Below are positions 1 through 10,868 of a DNA stretch of 64,000 nt, piece by piece. The DNA is taken from NCBI GenBank assembly GCA_028023455.1, contig JAQFVV010000008.1, positions 16,678,001 to 16,742,000 on the forward strand. The letters are read 5' to 3'. Both the position numbers and the translations under genes were made by a program. The notes beneath the pieces are model-generated. The model searched no databases and was not told the DNA's origin. It saw only the letters and a program-made list of their open reading frames with translations. Position 1 is the stretch's first letter. Each line of letters starts with the position of its first letter. This DNA is from Epiperipatus broadwayi (Eukaryota; Animalia; Onychophora).

Positions 1-532
1 TCATGCTGCATTGAATACATTGATATATCACATAGATTGACGTTGGTTTGACTGCGAACTTTTGGCCTAAGGTTAAATCCAGGGATAGAATGTTTTCTTT
101 TCAAATGCAATCTATGTAGTCTATTCATACTTGACACTCAAATAAAATATTAATAAATTCATCTGTATGAACTTCTAAAATAAAAGTTAAAATGTCAATT
201 AAATTCTAAAGTAAAGTTATACTAAAATAATTCTAAAATTTATATATGTTTAATAAATGTTTGTGTGTGTTATTACTGGCAGTGACTTCTTTTTTTTTTT
301 TTTTTATTGAAATGTCTTTATTAAAATATATTTTAAGTATTTATATTATAAATTATCTTGGCTGTTCCCTGAGCTAGTGGCATGGGCAGACAGTCAGAAT
401 AAAATAATATGTAAAATTTGAATCTTAACAGTACCCATCTGCCTACTATATAAATTTTCTAGATTCAAATAGCCTGGTGGTGCCCTGTATGGCAGATACG
501 GTGAGATCTCTACTATCACCCTGACTGTTATA
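1..532. mobile_element. Right terminus of a diverged relative of the 3914-9901 element, truncated by the window start
   Basis: 1-150 aligns with about 8995-9140, and 150-500 with about 9470-9870 (shared ttactggcagtg, gagctagtg.catggg, tctgcctact.tataaatttt, tggtgccctgta). It ends in TGTTATA at 532, followed by ATAC. Confidence 0.75.
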
Positions 533-551
533 ATACATACTAAGTATTTAG

Positions 552-681
552 GAAGACTGAAAAGCATTAAATTGGCTGAAGATATGAACAGAAAGAGCAT
601 TCTGCTTAGCAATAACATTATTTCAAAAAGTGTTGAGTTTATACAAGATTTTTACAAAGAATGTCGAGTCATTTATTGGAA
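552..681 (+). CDS. Possible isolated coding exon, product unknown
   Basis: tttag acceptor and gtaagg donor enclose 130 nt with one open frame (RLKSIKLAEDMNRKSILLSNNIISKSVEFIQDFYKECRVIYW). No recognisable domain. Confidence 0.3.
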
Positions 682-1679
682 GTAAGGGATGTTTACATAT
701 ATTCAGAAATCAATAATTTAAAAACATCAAAATGCATTCAATGTCTATTCACGAAATATAATTGCTGTACATATAAATACAAATTTTCTCAGGTTTTTAC
801 TTCATTCTTTTTTCATATCTGCATTTTTTATTATTATTGATTATTTATTTGATGTTTTGATATATATATAATTTTTAAGTGAAATTGTATTCTAAGTATG
901 CACATATAGAAGTTTCAAATCCTATATGTTGTGAACATCTACTCGTCAGTACTTCTATACTGTGCACATGCCTTTAACATGAAAAGCATGTTACATAACC
1001 GAGCAAAGTTCTATTATAATTAATTAGGCGTTAATATTCATAAATTGATGAAATATATCCAAAAAGAATAATTATTGGTGTGTACATACCTTTGAAAGGT
1101 TTTTTGAACTTTAACCTTTGCGTGATTGCTCTCTCCCCAGAAGGATATGACAATGACAATTTTTTTAAAAGATTGATGCCTTTTTTTATAATTAGAAAGA
1201 TAAAAAAAAAAGTTGCCCTAACAAATCCCATGCTAGCTTAGACCACTCTTTATCTCGGGTAAGTGGTTTGATTGCCGGGTTAATACAGGAGGTTGCTCAT
1301 CTCAATTATTTGGAACAGAGAAATTATGGTTAAAAATACAGCACAACACTATACTTTTAAAATGGAAATTCTATATTTATTAATTCCTCTATTATATTTC
1401 TTATATTACATTTAGAAATATTGAATCTAACTCAAAACGTAAAATTTTGAAAGTATTAAATCAATCAATAAATGGGATGGAATGGTCTGAGTCTTTCTTT
1501 CCCCTACACACCTTAACTCTCATATTGAATGAGTTGATAAATATAATTGCTGGCCATGGAGTATACGTGTTTAGTAAATAACTTTCTTTTTAAATGATGA
1601 TGGTTAAGATATTCTAATCCTAACTGATTTTCATAATATAATCACAAGTTACAAAAGTTTCAACATTAATAGTTTATAA

Positions 1680-2070
1680 ATGTATCCTGCATGTAGCAGA
1701 TAATAACAGAAGATAAAACTATTTTAAAGCATTATAGCATAATCCACATTGATAGTTAATAAATATATCCTGCATGTAACGGATATGAAAATATATAACT
1801 ATCACTAATCATTATAAATAAAAATAAGCCTGCACATGGCGAATAGAATGAAATTATATGTGGAAAGGACAAAATAGCAGTAACTTGCAATTTAAAGAAT
1901 CCTGCTTATAGCGGATTAAGCAATATAGAAGAAAGTCATATAAAAATGACACATATATCCGATGGCTAATTATTATCTTGGTCAGTAGGCTTGATTACTT
2001 TTCTACTAAATAAACAATCTATATTTAAATGATGATAAATCTTATATCCTGCACATGGCGAATAGGTTAT
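1680..2070. repeat. Array of 5-6 short semi-palindromic repeats (consensus about tATCCTGC-N5-GCGGATa) with unique AT-rich spacers
   Basis: Copies near 1683, 1765, 1826, 1898, 2044 and a degenerate copy near 1955. Spacing is about 57-90 bp. Confidence 0.6.
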
Positions 2071-2339
2071 TAATAAATAAATAAAAAACCAAACGAATAA
2101 GCTGATGCCTATCGATTAATAGAATTCTAAGAATAGTAAGCCTAACTCCCATAAATAGAATTGTAATTGGTTTTTATTGGATTATTAAATACTTAATCTA
2201 CATATACCATTGAATAAATAATTAAAATTTATTAAATGAAATAGATATAAAAAAAGTTATATAGTTGATTAGTTAATTTAAAAAGAAACAAATAAAATAA
2301 ATAATAAAATATAAATGTTAAATAACTATACTTCCCGAA

Positions 2340-2760
2340 GGCTTCTTCTCCGGGCTATGGTTATTGAAGGAGACATATAAATGGCTGAGCAGGTGATTTC
2401 AGTCCTGATCCCCATGCGTATTGGCAAGATTGTTCTAGGCAGCTATATTTCACTGGGACTAGTATCTACATCTTCGGCTACATTGGGTTGAGCAGTTCGA
2501 GTGCACCGAATTGGTTTTCTACTTCATTTTCACGAAACAATAATTTTGGTTCCATACTATCATGTGGTTTGGTAATATATGCACTCAGATTAAACCTAAA
2601 TTTAATTTGTTGTTTCCTTCTCTTAAATATTAGAATGCTCTCCATAGAATTATTACAAAATTCAGTTTTTGGTCTTCTTACACTCCGACTCCCCGATTTC
2701 ATGCTAGATAATATTTTTCAAAGCTAAGATTGATCTACTTTGAGTTGGAAGACATTTTAT
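2340..2760 (-). pseudogene. Possible highly degenerate Gypsy-type integrase C-terminal relic
   Basis: GC-richer stretch. The minus-strand translation, with stops (LALKNII*HEIGESECKKTKN...FYGEHSNI*EKETTN*I*V), loosely resembles the GPY/F region of Gypsy integrases. Confidence 0.2.
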
Positions 2761-3913
2761 AACAGAAAGAAAATTAAAAAAAAAAACGAGCTTGACTCCA
2801 ACATTGGGAAGCACAGCTAATTTCTTTTTCTTTACTCTCTATCGCTTTCTCCTTTCTTTCGTCTATCACTTTCTGTCAATAATGACTCTCCATCTCTTAT
2901 ACTTCCATTTCTGCTATAAATCTTCATCTAGATTTATTCTTATAATTTTTCAATCACTACGATTTCTATACCACGTTTGCCAACAAGACAGTCTAAGAAA
3001 ATTTTTTTATCTCACCTGATCAACGCTTATATACCCCCTCATTACATGGTGAATATTGAGGTCCTACCTCCAGACTATTGGTTTTACATTTTTAAGTAAT
3101 TGCTATTAACATTCCTTGCTAAGTGCTCATGTGTTTAAACAATACACATAGCTGAATTTATTTTTCATATCTTTTTTCCATTCATTTTAATCACAAAAAA
3201 AGTATTTTGTCTTAACGAAGACTTTTATCTTTGAATCTATTTAAGATTTCTCAAACCATTAATACATTTTAAATTCCAATCCCATATTTTTTTTAATTAC
3301 CGTCCCTCAGGTGTCAAGCCGAATGACCACCAATGCATTTGTACATTTTTTTTCTCTAAAACATAATACAATAAAAATAAAAAAGTCATTGACTTACCTG
3401 CAATAATTCAAACCAAACTTTAACAATATATAAAAATTAAAATGTATACGTGTTGAAAACTTCAAAATTATTTTTAAGTTTTCAAAAAAAAAAATATTCA
3501 ACATGCAAACAAACAAAAAAATACAACTTTGACAATTTAAATTAAAACACATGTTTACCTGTTGGATAAATTAAAATTACTTTTAAGTTTCGTAGTATAA
3601 ATTTATACCCCACCATATTTACATGTTTTAAAAATAACAATTTCTGACAAACAAAATTATAAAAAATCAAAAGTATATGCGAATGTACATTTATATAACA
3701 CGTATTATTATTATTTACACTTTTTAAAAAAATATATTTTGTGTGTAAGCGAAAGAGAAAATATATCTACACAGACCAATCCTTTTATTACAAGTTATGT
3801 ATATTTTTGTTTAGGCTGTAACTATGCTTGCAGCTTTGACTGTCATTTAAGACTTACTGGCACAATATTTATATATAAGATTTGCTATTATCCACAATTT
3901 TCAGCATACATAT

Positions 3914-6112
3914 TGTAACGATCCGGAGAAGGCGACTTACGTAAACTGCACTACAGGGCGCCATCTAGGCATTTGAACCTAGAAAAATTTATAAAGTAGG
4001 CAGATACGTAAGTCAAAAAAAAAAAAATTTTTTTTTTTTTTAAAATTTTGATTCCGGTCATTAGCCCATGTCACTAGCTCAGTGGAATGGCAGAGATTAA
4101 ATAATATCATATCTTATCTAATTAGATTTCAACATTAAAAAATAAATAAAATAAGCCACTGCCAGTAATTAGCATACAAACATTTTATTTATGCACATAT
4201 ATATAAGATTTAAAATTATTTTAGTATTAGTTTACATTTTACTATTTAACATTATTTTTTATTTTACCTTAGATTTTAATTTACATTTTATTACTATTAC
4301 ATTCTAATTTTACATTTTAATTAAGTTCGCACAGATAAATTTATGAAAGCTTGTTTATAATGTTGAATATAGATCGGTTACATAGATTTCATGGCCAAAA
4401 ACATTTCAAAGTAAACATAAACGATCAAAATACAAAATTATTGATTACTGACAATTGCGGAGGGAAATTTATACGTAACCCAATAGTATTCACCATAAGA
4501 TACTTGCATTGTCACCAATAACTTAAAAGACATCCGAATAAATACATTTTAGATACTCACCGTAAGGTATCATTATTTATCGAATGTCTATATATTTTGA
4601 TCAAATATGGAAACGCAAAACATAGTTAACCAATAAACAATCCATGCAAGCGTCTATAAACAACTTAAATTTAATGCATTTTTATTTAGGATCGAGTATG
4701 AATAGACCACATAAATTTGCTTTTGAAAATAAACATTCTATCCCTATTTAACCTTAGGCTAAAATTCGTAGTCAAACTGACATCAATTCATCTGATATAT
4801 CGATGTATTCAATGTAATAAAATACGGCAGCACAAAAGGTTAAGAGAAGAAATTGCCTCATATGAGATAGGAATATTACATCTATCTGCAAAGAAGAGCA
4901 ATAAAACAAAAAACTCCATAGAAAGGAACTGCGGTATCCGACTTATAATTCCTTCCATAGGCAAACGGAAGTGTGCGGCGTATGAAGCGATTCTGCCCGG
5001 AGCGAATCAATATTACATCTACTAATCACACCAATATATCCAATCCATTGACCCAATTTAACCACGAAACAAATAACCTAAGATTACCCTCCCCTAATAT
5101 AACTTTACAAATCTATACAGCCATTCACGCCCGACTTAAGTTGAACATTGATATATTTTAATTCATCGGAAAACAGAAATCATAAATAAACTTAAAGAAC
5201 AAAGTTAAATAAATGGAAATGATTTTAAATAAATAAATAACAAATACATCAAATAACATTATTAATGAAGAATTTAGTTTGGTCAGATAGGATTCTATTG
5301 CATTATTTACTAAAAAGTTTTAAAATTTAGAGTTCTTATTGTTTCAAGTGAATATAAAGTTCTTACAATTTTTAAAACGTCCAACTTTATCCGTTGCTTG
5401 CCATGAACGTAAATTCCCACGCCGTCCTAAAGAGGTTAATATTCTGAAGGCCGATTTATTTATCCATCCGGAGATTTTTGCTTTAACTAGTCCTCAATGT
5501 AGAAAACAATAGTTCATTTCTCCTTTCTTTAACAGCTGACAGAATTGACAGTGCGTCTGTCAATTCCATCACCTCCAACACTGTACTACTACATATAGTC
5601 ACATCGTAATAATCAATAATCAATCACTCCCTAATAATTTTCAACCATGTCCTTTTATATTCATTTGAAGGATTGCATTTACATTACGTCATTGATGCGA
5701 TGATCCTTTTCGTTGAGGTCCGATTTCCCAATGGATTTATTTCATTTGCTAAAAGTTTCTATTGTTTTCCTCTCTGACCGATGTTTTTACATTTAAATGC
5801 CCAAGGCTGGTTTACATTTAACTAATTAACAATCATTTCCATTTCTGATTAATTAACCTGTTTTCCAAATCAAAGATATATTTTTATCTCTAAATCTTTT
5901 TAAGTTTTTGTTTAATTTTACTTTTTCTTTAATAAAGTTTTATTTTAATAATTTTTCATTATCTGTGCGATTTAACATATACGAGTTTAAGATGATATTT
6001 AATTTCAATTTTTAATTCTTAAAGAAAATTTTTTAAATGCGAACTTTTTAATTTACTTTCATGTTTAATAAAATAAAAAAAAACAATGTAACGAACGTCT
6101 GTGCTCGTTACA
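3914..6112 (+). repeat. Left arm of element A, itself bounded by TGTAACGA...TCGTTACA (LTR-like unit)
   Basis: Perfect 8-bp inverted termini at 3914 and 6105-6112. Confidence 0.8.
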
Positions 6113-6863
6113 TATCAGTAAAGTTGCTTAAAAAAAAAAATGATCAAAAAAAAAAATATTTTACTTAGGGTTAGTAATTACGGTATACGATTAACAAAAT
6201 TTACAAAACATTTGGTTAGTATAAAGACTATATACAAAAAGAAAAGGAAAATGTTGACTATCGCCTACCTAAGGACCATTTACGTTTACACCCCTCCCCA
6301 CAAGAGTTCTATTTTATTTTATACATTTTATTTTTACACACGGCATGACAAGCAAATTTTATAAATTATTTATTTAAATAAGGTTGCATTGAGATAAATA
6401 TGTTTTAAGAAATAATGGGTTTAAACGTGTATATTTGCAGCACAATTATAAACACCACCAACTTATTTATGACTGATTAAAATGCTTAAATAGGATTACA
6501 CTGAAGTAAATTCCCAACAGTACTCATCGTAAGGTACCACATTTCGATCATAAACTTACGTGGCTGTGCGCGCCTATACACGTTAAAGCATAATATATAT
6601 CAACAAAAAAAAAAACATATTTATTGCAACCTTTTGACTTTTTTTTTTTTTTTTTTAACAAAAATTAGTTTTTAAAATTTTTTCACTTTCTTGTGTTTAA
6701 TATATATGCGCAATTTCTTTTACTGGCAGAGCTTTTATAAGATTTAAAGTATACGACTTATGTAAACAGATAAAATATTTCATTTTGACAAAATTTGCTC
6801 AGGGTATTTGTGGTTTATTAAAGATCGGCCCCAGATTGGGAAAGCCAGTTGTAATATGTTGCT

Positions 6864-7640
6864 ATAGATCGGTTACATAGATTTCAACGGTTAAACACAT
6901 TTCAAAGTAAACATAAACGATCAAAATACAAACTTATTGATTACTGACAATTGCGGAGGAAAATTTATACGTAACCCAATAGTATTCACCATAAGATACT
7001 TGCATTGTCACCAATAACTTAAAAGACATCCGAATAAATACATTTTTGATACTCACCGTAAGGTATCATTATTTATCGAATGTCTAATATATTTTGATCA
7101 AATATGGAAACGCAAAACATAGTTAACCAATAAACAATCCATGCAAGCGTCTATAAACAACTTAAATTTAATGCATTTCTATTTAGGGTCGAGTATGAAT
7201 AGACCACATAAATTTGCTTTTGAAAATAAACATTCTATCCCTATTTAACCTTAGGTTAAAATTCGTAGTCAAACTGGCATCAATTCATCTGATATATCGA
7301 TGTATTCAATGTAATAAAATACGGCAGCACAAAAAGTTAAGAGAAGAAATTGCTTCTCATGAGATAGGAATATTACATCTATCTGCAAAGAAGAGCAATA
7401 AAACAAAAAACTCCATAGAAAGGAACTGCGGTATCCGACTTATAATTCCTTCCATAGGCAAACGGAAGTGTGCGGCATATGAAGCGATTCTGCCCGTAGC
7501 GAATCAATATTACATCTACTAATCACACCAATATATCCAATCCATTGACCCAATTTAACCACGAAACAAATAACCTAAGATTACCCTCCCCTAATATAAC
7601 TTTACAAATCTATACAGCCATTCACGCCCGACTTAAGTTT
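6864..7640 (+). repeat. Third, partial direct copy of the A arm inside the central spacer
   Basis: Near-identical to about 4367-5145. It accounts for the duplicated 102-aa ORFs at 4717 and 7214. Confidence 0.9.
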
Positions 7641-7703
7641 AACATTTATATAATTATTTTAACGAAAAACAAAAATCATGTTTGTATGTTAAAAAAAAAA
7701 AAA

Positions 7704-9901
7704 AAAACGAGCACAGACGTTCGTTACATTGTTTTTTTTTATTTTATTAAACATGAAAGTAAATTAAAAAGTTCACATTTAAAAAATTTTCTTTAAGAAT
7801 TAAAAATTGAAATTAAATATCATCTTAAACTCGTATATGTTAAATCGCACAGATAATGAAAAATTATTAAAATAAAACTTTATTAAAGAAAAAGTAAAAT
7901 TAAACAAAAACTTAAAAAGATTTAGAGATAAAAATATATCTTTGATTTGGAAAACAGGTTAATTAATCAGAAATGGAAATGATTGTTAATTAGTTAAATG
8001 TAAACCAGCCTTGGGCATTTAAATGTAAAAACATCGGTCAGAGAGGAAAACAATAGAAACTTTTAGCAAATGAAATAAATCCATTGGGAAATCGGACCTC
8101 AACAAAAAGGATCATCGCATCGATGACGTAATGTAAATGCAATCCTTCAAATGAATATAAAAGGACATGGTTGAAAATTATTAGGGAGTGATTGATTATT
8201 GATTATTACGATGTGACTATATGTAGTAGTACGGAGTTGGAGGTGATGGAATTGACAGACGCACTGTCAATTCTGTCAGCTGTTAAAGAAAGGAGAAATG
8301 AACTATCGTTTTCTACATTGAGGACTAGTTAAAGCAAAAATCTCCGGATGGATAAATAAATCGGCCTTCAGAATATTAACCTCTTTAGGACGGCGTGGGA
8401 ATTTACGTTCATGGCAAGCAACGGATAAAGTTGGACGTTTTAAAAATCGTAAGAACTTTATATTCACTTGAAACAATAAGAACTCTAAATTTTAAAACTT
8501 TTTAGTAAATAATGCAATAGAATCCTATCTGACCAAACTAAATTCTTCATTAATAATGTTATTTGATGTATTTGTTATTTATTTATTTAAAATCATTTCC
8601 ATTTATTTAACTTTGTTCTTTAAGTTTATTTATGATTTCTGTTTTCCGATGAATTAAAATATATCAATGTTAAACTTAAGTCGGGCGTGAATGGCTGTAT
8701 AGATTTGTAAAGTTATATTAGGGGAGGGTAATCTTAGGTTATTTGTTTCGTGGTTAAATTGGGTCAATGGATTGGATATATTGGTGTGATTAGTAGATGT
8801 AATATTGATTCGCTACGGGCAGAATCGCTTCATACGCCGCACACTTCCGTTTGCCTATGGAAGGAATTATAAGTCGGATACCGCAGTTCCTTTCTATGGA
8901 GTTTTTTGTTTTATTGCTCTTCTTTGCAGATAGATGTAATATTCCTATCTCATAAGAGGCAATTTCTTCTCTTAACCTTTTGTGCTGCCGTATTTTATTA
9001 CATTGAATACATCGATATATCAGATGAATTGATGCCAGTTTGACGCTCTTCCGATCTGCCTAAGGTTAAATAGGGATAGAATGTTTATTTTCAAAAGCAA
9101 ATTTATGTGGTCTATTCATACTCGACCCTAAATAAAAATGCATTAAATTTAAGTTGTTTATAGACGCTTGCATGGATTGTTTATTGGTTAACTATGTTTT
9201 GCGTTTCCATATTTGATCAAAATATATAGACATTCGATAAATAATGATACCTTACGGTGAGTATCTAAAATGTATTTATTCGGATGTCTTTTAAGTTATT
9301 GGTGACAATGCAAGTATCTTATGGTGAATACTATTGGGTTACGTATAAATTTCCCTCCGCAATTGTCAGTAATCAATAATTTTGTATTTTGATCGTTTAT
9401 GTTTACTTTGAAATGTTTTTGACCGTGAAATCTATGTAACCGATCTATATTCAACATTATAAACAAGCTTTCATAAATTTATCTGTGCGAACTTAATTAA
9501 AATGTAAAATTAGAATATAATAGTAATTAAATGTAAATTAAAATCTAAGGTAAAATAAAAAATAATGTTAAATAGTAAAATGTAAACTAATACTAAAATA
9601 ATTTTAAATCTTATATATATGTGCATAAATAAAATGTTTGTATGCTAATTACTGGCAGTGGCTTATTTTATTTATTTTTTTAATGTTGAAATCTAATTAG
9701 ATAAGATATGATATTATTTAATCTCTGCTATTCCACTGAGCTAGTGACATGGGCTAATGACCGGAATCAAAATTTAAAAAAAAAAATTTTTTTTTTTTTT
9801 GACTTATGTATCTGCCTACTTTATAAATTTTTCTAGGTTCAAATGCCTAGATGGCGCCCTGTAGTGCAGTTTACGTAAGTCGCCTTCTCCGGATCATTAC
9901 A
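7704..9901 (-). repeat. Right (inverted) arm of element A
   Basis: Reverse complement of 3914-6110. Its inner TGTAAC end is interrupted by a poly-A run at about 7690-7707. Confidence 0.9.
9042..9057 (+). other. Illumina TruSeq adapter remnant (assembly or polishing artifact)
   Basis: GACGCTCTTCCGATCT equals the 3' end of the TruSeq universal adapter. It replaces TACGAATTTTA, the sequence expected from the left arm. Confidence 0.85.
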
Positions 9902-10540
9902 ATATTAAACCAATTCAATGTGAACATGTCTTAACTTGAAATTTGTGCTCATATAACTTTTGGATGTGATTAGATGTGATCAGATTAAAAAGATAGACTT
10001 GATATAGAAGGTGAGTAAGGTAGATTAAGTGTGGGTTGGAAAATACATAAGTTATGAAGATGAATATCTAACCTTCAAATATGACAATGATTATACTAGT
10101 ATGATGATAATATTTGGTTTATCCTATTCCCAATTGAATGCCATTAATTTCATGCAGAATTTAGAAGATGACATCAAATATTTTAAATATATTTTGTTGT
10201 GATTGGTTATATAACATTCATAACAAATTACCATTTTTAACTATGTTATAAATTAGAAATGTACTTCTTTTTTGGTTTCCTAACTCTCTATTCATATACT
10301 CTTGGTTTTTTTAAGCAGGAATCTTCTATCTGCTATCATACTAAAGGCACAATATATGTATACTGTCCAAATCGTCAGATCGAAAAAACTCTTTCTATTA
10401 CTTTTATCTATGATTTTTATTTAGAAAAATATGAAAGAAAAATATAAATAAATCAATAAGCTTTAATATATAATAAGTTAATCATGAATTTATTATATGA
10501 TTTCCAAACATATTTCAATAACAGGCTATTGTAATTAATT

Positions 10541-10868
10541 CAGTGGTCCCCAACCCTATGCCCGCGGGCACCGTGGTGCCCACACAGACCATTTTATGTG
10601 TGCCGCCGCTATCCTAACACGATAAAAAAATATTTATCTGATACAAATAAATTTAATTTTTAAATTTTTTTATAAATGATTGTATTATATTGTAATCAAA
10701 TTGTAGGGCATACTATATTTTTACAGCGTAAATAAATATTTTTTTGTACATTATGTGTATTATTAACAATATCCAACTATAAATTTACATTGAAAAAATA
10801 AATGGTGCCCGCCACATGCCCGGTATTATAGAATGTGCTCTTAAGTGCAAAAAGGTTGGGGACCCCTG
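10541..10868. mobile_element. hAT (Charlie/Buster-type) MITE
   Basis: TIRs CAGTGGTCCCCAACC / GGTTGGGGACCCCTG and a perfect 8-bp TSD AATTAATT. Confidence 0.95.

Larger units (their letters stand above)
3914..9901. mobile_element. Giant non-coding foldback element A (about 6.0 kb) with TGT...ACA termini and 4-bp TSD ATAT
   Basis: It starts TGTAACGATCCGGAG at 3914 and ends CTCCGGATCATTACA at 9901, with ATAT at 3910-3913 and 9902-9905. About 7704-9901 is the reverse complement of 3914-6110, near 98-99% identical by eye with scattered, often CpG-type substitutions. Confidence 0.9.

Noticed and set aside
1680-2070. CRISPR array interpretation
   Set aside because: The repeats are too divergent and irregularly spaced, the context is eukaryotic and intron-containing, and there are no cas genes.
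4717-5025. 102-aa ORF duplicated at 7214-7522
   Set aside because: It has a TTG start and no recognisable domain, and the duplication only reflects the repeated arm sequence.
3914-9901. Element A as a pure chimeric-read assembly artifact
   Set aside because: The arms carry multiple independent substitutions and the unit has a TSD and defined termini. Read-level confirmation is still advised because of the adapter remnant.
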